Below, piece after piece: positions 11,535 to 24,548 of a stretch of DNA of 64,000 nt. This DNA is from Coniocarpon cinnabarinum (Eukaryota). The stretch is from assembly GCA_051942205.1 (NCBI GenBank), contig JAVECO010000071.1, positions 1-64,000 of the forward strand, given 5' to 3'. The position numbers and the translations under genes are program-made. Positions within the stretch are counted from its first letter, which is position 1. Every line of letters begins with the position of its first letter. The notes under the pieces were generated by a model. The model was not told the DNA's origin, made no database searches, and worked only from the letters and a program-made list of their open reading frames with translations.

Positions 11535-14500
11535 ATGTCATCTCTAAAGAACAATATCTGGCGTAGCGGTACTCAAGATGATCGCAACCCAGCTACGAAC
11601 CAATATAAAGGCTTGGTAACGTTCATCGCGGACATTCGGCAGGCAAGGGCGCGTGAGCTTGAGGAGAAAAGAATAAACAAAGAATTAGCGAACATCAGGT
11701 ACGCTGAAGAGTTGCCACAATCTTGCGTTTCGTAGAAGGCTTACTTCGATTCGACAGGCAAAAGTTTAAAGGTCATTGCTCTTCCCTGGCGCCCTTTTAT
11801 TTGACCACTGACAGGATCGCACAGATGGCAAATTAGACGGCTACGACAAAAAGAAATACGTTTGCAAGGTATGGACTACCGCTGCTACAAGGGCTGTGCA
11901 ATGTCTGACACAGAAAGCTTCTATACATATACATCTTGGGATGGAACGTCGACTTTGGTCACCTTGAAGCAGTCAACCTCATATCGGCAAATACATTCTC
12001 AGAAAAACAGATAGGCTATTTGGCTGTAACACTCTTCTTCCACGAGGAGCATGAACTTCTACACTTAGTAGTCAACAGCATTCGAAAAGACTTGGTAATT
12101 CATAATGAGCTATATAACTGCTTGGCTCTGCATGCTATCGCCAACGTGGGTGGTGCCGCAATGGCGGAAGCGCTGGGCAATGAGGTTCACCAACTTCTGA
12201 TCTCACCGTAAGTTCCGTCAGCGATAGGATATGGTAGATGACTGATGCGGACAGAGCCTCAAACCCGTTTGTGAAGAAGAAGGCTGCGTTGACCTTGCTG
12301 AGGCTATACCGAAAACATCCCAGCATCGTACAGGCAGAATGGACGGAGCGAATATTGGCGCTCATGGACGATCCGGATTTTGGTGTCGCGTTGTCTGTCA
12401 CCTCGCTGGTGATGGCTCTGGCACAGGATGATCCCGATCAATATCGCACCTGCTATAACAAAGCAGCGAACAGACTTAAGAAGACTGTCCTAGGCACCGA
12501 CTGTCCCGCAGACTATCTTTATTACAACGTACCGTGTCCGTGGCTGCAGGTAAAGCTTTTGCGGCTTATGCAATACTACCCGTCATCAGGTGTGCCGTTC
12601 TCTGCTGCTTCGATTCTGTGTCTGTTGCTCATGTTACGCAGATGACTCTCACATTCGAGAACTAATCCGCTCGTCGATCAAGCAAATTCTTGACGCCGCA
12701 ACGGAGATGCCCAAGAATGTACAGCAGAATAACGCTCAGAATGCTGTGCTGTTCGAAGCTATCAAACTTGTAATACACATGGACACCGAGGAAGAGCTCA
12801 TGGTGGACATTTCGAGAAGACTGGGCAAATTTATTCTGGGGCGAGAGACCAATGTTCGCTATCTGGGCTTGGAAGCCATGACGCACCTGGCATCGCGTGG
12901 AGAAGCTCTCGATCCCATTAAGCAGCACCAGAAGAGCATTGTCGCGTCGCTCAGAGATCGAGACATCACCGTGCGTCGACAAGCCCTTGATCTGCTGTAT
13001 AGTATGTGCGACCAGACGAACCAGCAGTCCATTGTCACAGAGCTTTTGAAACACCTTCAAACAGCGGACTACGCGATTAGGGAAGAAATGGTGCTCAAAA
13101 TTGCTGTTCTAGCGGAGAGATATGCGACAGACGCTCAATGGTACGTCGATGTGTCACTTCGTCTTCTGGCGATTGCAGGCGACCACGTCAGCGACGAAGT
13201 GTGGCAAAGAGTCATACAAATCGTGACGAACAACGAAGGCCTTCAGGAATACGCAGCCAGATCGCTTCTACGTTATGTCAAGCCAGACCAGGTTCACGAG
13301 TCTCTCATCAGGATAGGTGGCTACGTGCTCGGCGAATTTGGCCATCTGATTGCTGAGGCTCCAGGCTGCAGTCCGATTGAACAGTTCATGGCTTTGTACA
13401 ACAAGCTTCCATCATGTGCGACTGACACACGGGCAATTATTCTCTCTTGCTTCATTAAATTTATCAACCTGTTCCCTGAGATCAAAGAGCAGATCATGGG
13501 TGTGTTTCAACAGTATTCTGACATTCTCGACTCTGAACTGCAACAAAGGGCGTGTGAATACATGGCAATCGCGAAACTACCTAATGATGAGCTGCTCCGC
13601 ACAGTCTTCGATGAGATGCCGCCGTTCCCAGAGCGGGCGTCTGCTTTGTTAAGTAGAGTTCGCGTGAAACACACTCCGTCGGCTGACAAGCGAGCAACAA
13701 TGATACCCAATTTGACAGGCGCAATCCCGACTGGCAGTAACGCGCCAACCACCAACGGTAGTGCGACCCTCAATGGCTCGCATGATCTTGAAGGTCTGGA
13801 TATGAATGGAGAGGACAGCAAGGCTATCAATCTTGCCAGCGCCTCGCATCTGAGCCCAGGTTGGGAAGATGGATACTATCCACTTGTCTTACAGGCAGAA
13901 GGTGTGCTGTATGAAGATGCTCAGGTCCAGATCGGTCTTCGATCCGAGTATCGCACGCAAATGGGCTGCATCATTCTCTACTTTCAAAACAAGTCCTCGT
14001 ACAGCATTGGCTCGTTTACCTCCACCCTTGACAATCCCTCCTCAGATACCCTAAAGCTCGACATGCGAAATCTTCCCGACACCGATCTGGCTGCTAACGC
14101 GCAATCTCAACAAACCATCATGTTTGAAGCAAAGAACGTCTTCGATGAACCTCCCACCATCCGTATATCTTACTTAGCTGGATCACTTCAAGCGGTGACT
14201 CTGAAGCTTCCAGTACTTCTTCATAAGTACATGGAACCAGCAGACTTGACCAGCGAAGACTTCTTCAAGAGATGGAAACAAATCGGTGGAGCACCCAGGG
14301 AGGCACAAGCAATTTTCAGCGTCAACGCAAACAGCGCTATTACCACCAGTGCCACGAGGAGAACGATTCAGGGGCTGAAGTGGGGTCTTCTGGAGGGTGT
14401 TGATCCGAATCCAAAGAACATCTGCGGCGCGACCGTGCTGCACACCACTGAAGGTGGCAAGTACGGGTGCCTTATGCGATGTGAACCGAACACTGAGAAT

Positions 14501-14658
14501 CAAGTGAGCATTCAGGGCATGGCTAAGTGATCGCTGTCTCGTGAGGCTGACAATTTTCGCAGATGTACCGCGTCACAGTTCGAGCCACAAGCGATACAGT
14601 CCCACCGATTCTCTTGAAAATCATGCAGGATAGGCTAGCCCAAGGAGATCATTTATGA
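11535..14658 (+). CDS. APL3: AP-2 adaptor complex alpha subunit (alpha-adaptin)
   Basis: GLVTFIADIRQARARELEEKRINKELANIR, GWNVDFGHLEAVNLISA, YYNVPCPWLQVKLL, KNVQQNNAQNAVLFEAI, ELQQRACEY, appendage FFKRWKQIGG. About 7 exons, including a 14-nt microexon at 11758-11771. Confidence 0.96.
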
Positions 14659-15617
14659 ACATTGCACGACGATGTGGTGGGTATCCGACTTAACGAGCAT
14701 GCATGAGGACCACGAGGCAAACGACGCTATCAGCAACTCTACATGGTTGCATGATTGTACAGACATATCTGAAGACTTTGGCCGAAACTGTCAGCCAGTG
14801 CTCAGGCGCCGGATGCATGACTGTCCAATAGGTTTCTGACAAGAACCGAGTATCTGGACGCACGTTGATACTGGGTGTCATGGTGAATTGACTAGGATAT
14901 TCATGGATGGCACTGGCACAGGAAAGAATATCTGCATCACAAGAATGCCGCAGCCCACGCTGAGCCGAGGCGACATTGGTGGGGACGAAGACTGTGTTCT
15001 TGACCGGAAATGCGTGAAGTAATGGTCTCCGATACTATCGAGGGTGAAAATGAATCCATTCGAAGGGTGCTAAGCAAGAACAAGCTAAAGCCGGTACAAA
15101 CAGTCAGAGTTCAGATGCCCCCCGAGACATTCCGATGGATCCCGCTGGTTTGCTAAAGAAGGTCAGAGGTCAGATCAAGGCTCTGAATGGTCCAGGCAAG
15201 CCTCTGGCCAGCTTCTCTTGTTGACTTTGCTGGGTATACAGAGCTCAATGAAATGACAGTGAGGACCCAAACATCCGTCGCTTGAATGATCACGTGCAAA
15301 TGATGTCAGCGGGGCTTCGTTGCGGTGGGTTTTCTCTGAACAAGTCGAGTCAACCTCTTACTTCTTTGCACCTTCGTCACATAACAGTCATTCACAAGGA
15401 CCCGATCACCAAGTTTACGTCTCTTGACCCGATCAATATCCATCAAGCCACATGTACGTCCGCAGAAGACTCCACGCCACACGTTCTCACGCCTTGATTT
15501 GGCCTTCGCCGTCCTTCGTGACCCACCTCATTCCTCTGACTGCAAAGAAAGATGCAATAATATACTCGACTGCTGACTGACCCTCCATAGCTCTCCATAT
15601 CCATCAAAGTCTCAATC

Positions 15618-15851
15618 ATGGCCGATGCACGTCCTTCTCGTGAAGGAGGTCAATCCCCTCCACCTCAGGACCTGAAAGGCGACCAGAAGGAACCGATTGC
15701 TCCAAGTCCAAATCAACAGATCTCGGGTAGCAACTCGCAACAAGCCTCCGAATCTCAGAAAGCGGGATTGGCTTCCAACCCCAGCGAGCATGCAGCGACT
15801 GCGAACGCGAAGGAGAGTGTGGCCAAGACGACTGATCCGAAGACGTCGTGA
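15618..15851 (+). CDS. Small hydrophilic fungal protein (77 aa)
   Basis: Good Kozak context (CAATCATGG); REGGQSPPP...LASNP pattern resembles small fungal hydrophilic proteins. Probable 5'UTR intron 15454-15590 (GTACGT...CTGAC...TAG). Confidence 0.65.
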   Translation: MADARPSREGGQSPPPQDLKGDQKEPIAPSPNQQISGSNSQQASESQKAGLASNPSEHAATANAKESVAKTTDPKTS

Positions 15852-17446
15852 AGAGACTTCATTGGGGAGGGGATATGTTGAGCAATGACGGAGAAACTGC
15901 TATAATGCCTGTTACGTTCACAATAGGGTCAAGGAATGGGTGACCCTCGTCAACGCTGCTCGGTGAGCAGAGGTTATGCAAGACCGTTTCAACGTCGCCA
16001 ACAGCCGCTATCGAGCGAGCTATACTTGCAGATACTTCATTCATCACCCACTCAAAGAAGCACGCAGCCTTATGAAGCAGACTCGATGCACTTCCATCAC
16101 TTGACTTCCCGTTACAGTCTCTCTCTTACCGTGCTTGAATACTTCCCACCAAGGCTTACTTACAATCATGCAAGAGACTTTCACAAATCTCCTCCTGTAT
16201 ACCTTGATCGCTACACACAAATGACTCTTGGGGCGATCGTACTGCTTACCATCGCGTGTTTGCACGAGACGTGTTGCAAAGTCTCCAACCCAACACGTAA
16301 TTATCGCTCGAGTGACCAACCAATGACACGATAGTTCCGAATACGTATGGATTCTTTCGCGATGCCATCACAGTCATGCCACATCAAAAGCGTCGCTCTC
16401 ATCCCCGCATCTCCATCAACCATTCTCCATGTATATGCTCTAATGTCACGAAGTCGCTTCTTCTACGACGACTGCCTTTACCGAAATATGCCACGCTCCC
16501 GCAACCTCTCACGAATATCTGGGATATCTGTAGCATTTCGCATCTTTCATGATGTCTTCCCTTGCACAGAACATCCAACTCCAACCTACCGAGTCCCCCA
16601 ACAGCGTAAAATACAAAGTTAAGCTTAGCTAAGCTGAGCTGAGCCGGAGAGGTAAATACCAGATGCTGGCGCCATGCACCCTTCAACGGTTTATACCTTG
16701 GTCGTATATTCAGGCCCCTTGATGCACATTAAAAGCCCGAATGTGACGTGGTATTCATACAACGTCAACCACACCTTAAGCAGATGCCCTGAAGTGCTAA
16801 ACCCCTATGATCTAAGCGAATCTGTTAGTGAGCCTTTGAGCAAGCGCGTCTCGGGTCTGTGATACCAACTCTCAGAAGAGGTCGTCTCGGTTGAGTCTCC
16901 TTGATCGAGTCTCCGAGTGGGTCTCCTCGAGTGGGTCTCCGATCGGTTCTCCTCGAGTGAGTGAGTCCTCCGGAATCGCCTGGTACAAGTGGCTCCCTAG
17001 TGATTCTCAAACTCGGCTGAGTTCACTTACATATACAAAGCAATGAGACCTTAAAACCCATGTATTACAGCCTTTATTAAATGTCTCCGAACTACTGCGA
17101 GTCGCTTGATCCTCTTGTTTTAGTGTTGACATGAGAGACTCGTCATCTCGAAGAGAAGACGTCAAGTCATTGGGCATTGAGTTCTGCGCGTCGCCATTAA
17201 CTAGCATTGACGCAGTTCGACGTTCACGTTAGCAGAGCCCTTGACAGATGAGAAACAGCTGGAGCTACGCGGTGCTGGGCTTATGTTGGCCACGGCACCG
17301 GGACTGTTTCATATGAGAGGTTCTGCTCCTCTCTTCATTCCATATCCAATTTACACAACTATGACCTCCCTTCGGTCACGGTTTACGGGCAGCGCGACCA
17401 TTCATCCAGATTCTCGTCTCCTAGGCTGTCTCTTTGCCATGTTCTG

Positions 17447-19558
17447 TCACCCTCGAGATAAGATCTCTTCAACAGCTAGATTCCAGTCCCCTTCTTCCAT
17501 GACGGAGCCAAAGCCATAGCATTTTACCGTGTTGAAAAGGAGGCGCTTGAGGGTTTCGATTTGGTCGTGTTTGATTTGAGGGAAGTGGGGGTGTTGCTTG
17601 AGTTTGAACTATAACTGGTTAGTCAGTGTCACAGCGAGACCAAGTTATGAAGCAGAAAAAGAGTCATGTCTGTTAGAACAGACGAGACGCCTGAGCAAAT
17701 GACAGACTCATGGCGCTTGCAGTGAATGGAGATAAACTGCGGGAATCTTGGAACTGACCCAGGCTTGCACGGGAGTGATCTCGCCCTGCAATTGAAAATT
17801 ATTGCTCATGTTAAGGAGGCGCTTGATGTCTGCGCCGGGGACCTCCCAATTCGCGGAACCTGCAAAGCTTTGTCAGAACGTCGCTCTCGTAACGTCGACC
17901 AAAATAGTACGGTAAAAGGCTGACCTCTGAGATCTTGAGGTGCATACGCGAGTAGCGTGTGCGTCGGCATATGGCTGTGAGTGCCAAATTCGTCGCGTGT
18001 CATGTCGACGTGTGTCATGCACGGATGCTCGAGTCTGTTGCAGGTTGTATGTGAGACCTGGCCGATGAGGGCGTACGGATGAAGGTGGGCTTACGCGAGG
18101 ACGAAGTCGATGCCGATGATTTTGTCCAGAGAACCGCCCTGAATGAAGCTTAATCAGTTATTCTTGAAACAGTCGTGAATGCGGTGACGAAAATGTGTAA
18201 CGGATCTATCCATGCTAAAGAGAGAGATGCGGCTTGTCTACTGGCCCACCTGCAGGAGCTGTCGAACTCACCGACAACATTTCCACGAGTGCCGTTGACT
18301 CGCCGCTCTGTAGGGCGTCATTGGAAGGCATGTGAGTGTTATTGTCTGGCAAGACAAGCCATCAGCACTGCGATTCTTAACTCTGGAACCCTCGGATGAG
18401 ATTTCGTTGCCTGTCCAAGAAATGCTGTTTTGGCGGTCATCGCATGCAAAACACACAGAATCTCACCATAAGCATAACCAACAGCGTGACGCATTTGTGG
18501 AAAGTGCCACGAAAGCTTCTGCGCGGGACAGATATTTCAAGCATCCCAGTGGGCAACCAAGGCCTGCATCGATAACATACCACTAGAAGAGCCAGGACTG
18601 CTAGTGTCCCGATGGGGAACGCCTTGGTCAGGATCAAGAAGCGGTGGGTTTTGCATCTCTGCTTGAGATTCGGGTATGATCACGTGCAGTGGACTTCCAG
18701 ACTTGGACTGCTTATTCACAGTATATGAGCTAGGGCCGGCGTCAATTGGTTCCTCAGTGGTATTTATTACACGTCCCTGGCGCGCCGGCGGGTTGACCTG
18801 TTCACGGTTGGATTGATTAGTCGTGTTCTCCGCAACTATTTGTGCAAAAGCGTTGAGGTCATAGGACAGTATTTTTGATCGTAGATGCAAAGCCCTTAAC
18901 TCAAGTGATGTCCACGCCCTGAAGACTGTCATATGTTGTTCGCAGCTTCACTCCGTTGACCACAAGGTTCATGAGGTGACGTAAAGAAGGAACGCTGTTC
19001 TGGATGATCTCAACTTACCCCATATCCGAGCAAAGTCTGCTGCAAGTTCGAAATCTCGGCCTCAAGCGTGACAATGTTCTGCTGATTCTGTTTCCGCAAA
19101 TTGACTACCTCTTGTTCAAGGGCCTTGATATAAGTCGCTGTGCGCTCAACAAGTCAGCAAGTCGGCCGAACTCTTAAGTGAACTGACGTGCAAGTGTAAT
19201 TTCTGCCGTATGATGCAAGGAGTAAACTTACCTTTGCGTTCCCTATGATTTCTATCGTATTGTCAATCGATGTCGAGAAAGGCGCGGATAACAAAGTTGT
19301 ACGCTAAAGTATATCCAAGACATGGGGGATATAAACACACCTTTGAGCTCGCCGAACTTGCTGTCTGCGTCGCTCGTAAGCAGTCACTGCCTCGTCATTC
19401 GGGTCAGAAGTCGACGCAGTAGCAGATTTGGCTTTCGATGATCGTCGCCAAGACAAGGCGTCTCTGAAGCTGCTCATGGTCTGGGGAGACTTCATGCGGA
19501 AAGTTCGGGGAGTGGGCTCTCTAGAGCTTCGAGGAGTTTGAGACGAAGACCTGAGCAT
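17447..19558 (-). CDS. bZIP transcription factor with conserved C-terminal domain, highly fragmented by introns
   Basis: Hand-spliced: YERRRQQVRRAQR|NHRERK|ATYIKALEQEVVNLRKQNQQNIVTLEAEISNLQQTL...IGIDFVLA|LEHPCMTH...|WEVPGADIKRLLNMSNNFQLQGEITPVQAW|FKLKQHPHF...VKCYGFGSVMEE...ILSRG*. Middle exons (18140-18590) are unresolved. Confidence 0.85.
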
Positions 19559-21157
19559 GATGGATTAGTTTGAGCGATGCTGCTGAGACGGAGCGATGGA
19601 TTTGATATGTGTAGCACTGCATTCGCTTGTCACGGGTGATGCAGAAGTTGAAGGAAGGTCTGTGGAAGGACTTTATAATTGAGGGAAACAGTCTCGTTGA
19701 GCGCGTCTACAAAATGTCATATACAACGGACGTGACACTATTCATACGCGTGGAAGGATGGTCGGATCTACGAGATGGCGACAGAGACCGACGACGGGCT
19801 CATCGTCCAGGTGGATTGACGCACTTGAGGAATGCAGCGATGGACAGGTGAGCTCTGCATGTTGAGGGACAAGCTGCTGAAGAGACCTTCGGGATGACGC
19901 GTGTGTTGAAGAGCTTTCGCAGACAGCAGTGATGCGTGGTAGTGGTTAGGTGGGAATGGCATCGTGTAGACAGTGGTGTGATGTTGGTGAGCAAGGACCG
20001 GGCCCCGGCAGGCGCACACTTTCGCGACCGAGTGGCTGGCGCGGCTCGGACCTTCTCTTCCGCCTATTCGGGCTGCACCCACATTCTCCTCGTGATATGG
20101 GGACTGGATTGACGAAAACGCGGGGACTGTTCCAAATTTCAAAGTCACAGGTTAGCTGCTGCGTGAGAGCTTCCTGGCTAACCCCACTGCATTTCACCAT
20201 CGCACAGTGCTGGGAGTACCAGGGCCTCTCGCGTCTCACTCAGCCCTGGACCAATTTTCGTGTCCAGCTTGCAAGGATCAGGAACAGAAGCCATCGCCGG
20301 ATTTTGCAAGCGCCAATCTATCGGCAACGAGGCGAGGCCTTGGGCTAAGAGATTTCGGGCTAAGTGCTGCGCAAGGCGCTTTCGTTTAAGATCCCTTGTC
20401 GACGGTCAACTCCTTCCCTTATTCGTTCGCGCTGCGGATTCTTCGACTGTCGACAAGCCTGACAGGATGAGAGAGCAGTCCCTGCTAGACGCTCTTGTCA
20501 GCTTTCTTGAAGCAGAGACCGCGCTGCCAGAAGTATACTGGCCCATCGAACATGTCTGGGGTCAATCCAGTCTGCCACAACGTGTAGACGTGCTTCAATT
20601 TTACAGTTGACGTCTGGTGCTGTCCGCGTCTCAATAGTCTGCGATCGCAGTATCAAGGAGCAAATCTCATCAGGCATCTGCTACCTCCGAACGACAATAA
20701 ATGCATTGCTGCTCGTCAAGCGAAGCAGGAGGTGCGCGCGCAATCCCGGTATTGGGGAGGTAACTTGCCTGCTGCACGCCGTGCCATTACTCATTCCCGT
20801 CATTAGGCACAAGAACGAGAAAGCGTGGCCATCTTGCAGAAAATCCATCACCCAGCACATGAGAAGGCACGTGACATTATCTCTCTACCAAACCCCGCAG
20901 CACCGTGGACCTCCAAAACAATCCAATGCCAAAAGTGACGTAGCTCTCCTCGTACAACACAAACACACCCTGACTTTCTCTCTCAACCCTCATCTCTCCT
21001 CTTTACCAGGTGCAATGATGTAGCGAACGGTGACATAATGGCAGTCTGATCTTCGTCGTTTAAGCGGCTCTGCTGCTCCCACTTCTCCCCTCTGGTAAGC
21101 TCATTCTGCGTCTCGAATCCAACGCGGGCGCCCTGCTTTCGTGGACTCTGCTTGACA

Positions 21158-23757
21158 ATGGATCTCACTCCGTTGGTAGATCTCTTCATCGGCACTCAAG
21201 GCACTGTCCCGGGCACGTCCTACAATGGCGGCAACGTCTTTCCCGGTGCAGCCTTGCCCTTTGGTGCTGTCAAGGTGGGCATCGACACCACCGAGTTCAA
21301 CTCCTCGACAGACGCCACAGCTGGGTACACCCCAGATGGTAATGTCACCGCAATCACCATGCTGCACGAGTCGGGAACAGGCGGGGCTCCTACGTACGGG
21401 TTGATCCCCCAGATGCCGCTCACGACCCTGGAGGGCGTCAACGTCATGGACAACCTTACCTACATGCAGCCCCGTACCAACAACGACACCGCCTCCGTAG
21501 GATACTATGCTTCGCAGCTGACAAATGGTGTGGGCGTGGAGCTAGCAGCAAGCATGCATGCCGGCTTCATGCAATACACCTTCCCATCGGACAGCAGCAA
21601 GTACATCTTGGTCGACCTCAGCCATTACCTTCCCACTCAAGACGACTCGATTGCTTCACAGGCGTACTCGAATGGCGTTCTGGACATCGCCAACAATGGA
21701 AGTGCGTACTCTGGCTCAGGCACCTATCGTGGGGGTTGGTCCGAAGGTCCTGACTTTGACGTCTACTTTTCTGCGGAGTTCGACACCACTCCACAAAGTG
21801 TGCAGCTGTGGCATGGCCCATGTGAGGCTCAAAATATCACCGCTCTTGTCTTGTGGTACCGCTAACGTCAGCACAGTCACCGACCCGTACTGGCCGAACT
21901 CGACCAATGCTAACGCCACTTTCTTGGACCCAGAAGTAACTCACGTCCAGGGTGGAAGACCAGGATACAACTACGCAGATCGTATAGGTGTCTTGTTTCA
22001 GTTCCCTGCGAATGCTACAGTAGTGCGATCTAAAGTCGGGGTCTCTTGGATCTCCTCGGATAAAGCTCAGAGCATGCTAGATGATGAGATCCCAGCCTTT
22101 GATTTTAACGGCACGGTTGATGCTGCTAAGGTGAGTCTGATTGTCACGGAGTTGCTGTTCGGCCTAGTCGGTGTGGCGCTAACATACCATCGAGGATGCT
22201 TGGAATTCAAACATCCTGAACCAGATCACTCTCTCCTCAGATGCTGCCACTAATAGCACCCGCAACACCATGCTGTATTCAGCTTTATATCGCAGTCATT
22301 TGCTGCCGTCGAACCGAACAACCGAAAATCCAAATTGGGACACTCTCGGCGAGCCCACGTTCGACGACTACTACACAGCATGGGATACGTTCCGCTGTCT
22401 CAACTCGATGTATAACCTGTTGTCACCTGACACAGAGTCCCAAATCGTTCGATCCCTCATAGACATTTGGCGGCACGAGCAGTTCATGCCTGATGGTCGT
22501 TCCCATTTTTATAACGGCCGGGTACAAGGCGGATCAAACGCGGACAACATCCTCGCAGATGCGTATGTGAAGGGTCTTCGGGGCGCGATCAACTGGACTG
22601 ATGGCTATCATGCACTTCTGACCGATGCTGAAACAAACCCATATAACAACTTCGATCCGGAGGATCTTTCGCAATCAACCAAGCAGGGCAGGGGAGGGCT
22701 TGATAACTGGCATCAATATGGATACATTACTCTCGACTATTCTCGTGCAGTCTCGAAGACTGTTGAGGACAGTCTCAACGACTTTGCTGTCTCGCAAGTC
22801 GCTCAAGGCGAGGGTGCACCAGGCGACGCTCAGAAGTATTTGAATCGATCGGCAGGATGGCAACGCATCTGGAGACCGATCGATTCCCTCAACTTCACAG
22901 GGTTCTTAGCTCCACTGTATGAGAACGGCACCGTCATGGAAGGTTATGACCCACTCTCATGTGGCTCTTGCGAATGGATGGCAATAGCGTACGAGGCCAC
23001 GCCCTGGGAGTACAGCTGGACGGTACCCTTTGACATGCAGTCATTGATCCAATTTATGGGTGGCCCGATGAGAACAGAGCAACGCCTCGACGCCATGTTC
23101 GTTCCAGGATTGCGCCCAGGAAGTGTAGGCAGTGGCGGCAACAACGGGATTGGTGATACGCTCTTCAACCCAGGCAACGAGCCAAGCTTTCAGACGCCAT
23201 TTTTGTACAACTATCTTGGATCACGACAATACAAGAGCGTAATGCGATCGCGTGAGACAGTCAACCAGTACTATAACATTGGCCCCTCTGGCCTACCAGG
23301 TAACTCAGATGCTGGAGCGGTAGATTCCTGGTTGATCTGGAATCTGATCGGCATGTATCCTGTGGTGACACAGCCTGTGTATCTGCTTCTGAGGTGAGTG
23401 GACTGCCTGTCAATGGAAAAGTCCTCGGGACGTGGTTGCCTGATCTTGAATGCTGACCGATATGACAGTCCTTGGTTCAGCGACATCACCTTGACTGTCG
23501 GCAATGGCAAAACGCTGCGTGTCACTGCCGACAACCTTGCAGAAGACAGTTATTACGTTCAGAACGTCACCCTAAACGGTGCACTCTGGACACAAAATTG
23601 GGTCAGCCATGACAACATCACAGGTGGAGGACCAGACGGAAGTGATCAAGCCACCCTGCACTTTGTTCTAGGCTCGCAACAGACTGAATGGGATACCGGC
23701 CCCTCGCCTCCCAGCCCAGGTCACGTAGACATGGGTGGGCCGCCATCGTCTAGGTAA
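21158..23757 (+). CDS. GH92 alpha-1,2-mannosidase
   Basis: DLTPLVDLFIGT, GNVFPGAALPFGAVKVGIDT, HESGTGGAPTYG, WDTFRC, QGGSNADNILADAYVKG, YEATPWEYSW, NPGNEPSF, GLPGNSDAGAVDSW. 4 exons; start codon uncertain. Confidence 0.93.
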
Positions 23758-24548
23758 CAGTGGTGCGCTTGTGTTCTAATGAAGTATGCTCTACTGAAGG
23801 GGTGCGACAAGCATCCTCAACATCGAGTCCAAACGCAAGTTCAGAGCGGGCTTCCTCATCTTCTATGCACATGCTCGCACGCTTATGGCTGCGGACAGAA
23901 CAGGATACAACGCTTGCCAGACTTTTTTATGATGCTCGTTGCATGAGGATCGCTAGTATGCAGTGATGCACCGTCATGGTCCGAAATCTAGCGTCACAGA
24001 GGCTTGGAAGGAACAGCAAGTGTCGACATGGCGCTGACAGTGAAGCCAGCTGAGACTTTTCAAGTCTCAGACCCTCGAAAGTGAAACTCGCGAAAGCACC
24101 AGACTAGCCTTGATACTGCCTCTACTCAACACGTCATCGCATCAGGGGCCAAGAAGTACGACGGCCGTCTCGGTTTCATCGGACGAACAAAAATGCGTGA
24201 CAGTCCTCGGAGCAGCGTGGGTGGTGAGGATAGACGTGTGCGCGCAAAGAAGTCTTGCCCTTCGCGACGTCGATTGGTCAGCTAGGCCTCACATTGTCGC
24301 TTTGCACCACGTGCGCCAGTATAAGTGCTTCCCGAAAAGAGCCAGCAGCTCGTAGACTTGGCCCCATCCACTAGCGAAGCTATCTCATAGCAGCTCGTGC
24401 TTGTCCAGGAACGGCACGTGCGGCACTGGAAGCTTTGTTGGTGCTGACACGTCTTCCCGGCGCTAGGGCCCTTCTGCCGTCGTCTCCATAATGCTGGCCT
24501 GCCTCGTGGCCGCAAATATGTTCCCAGACCACTTGGGTCACTCAAAGC

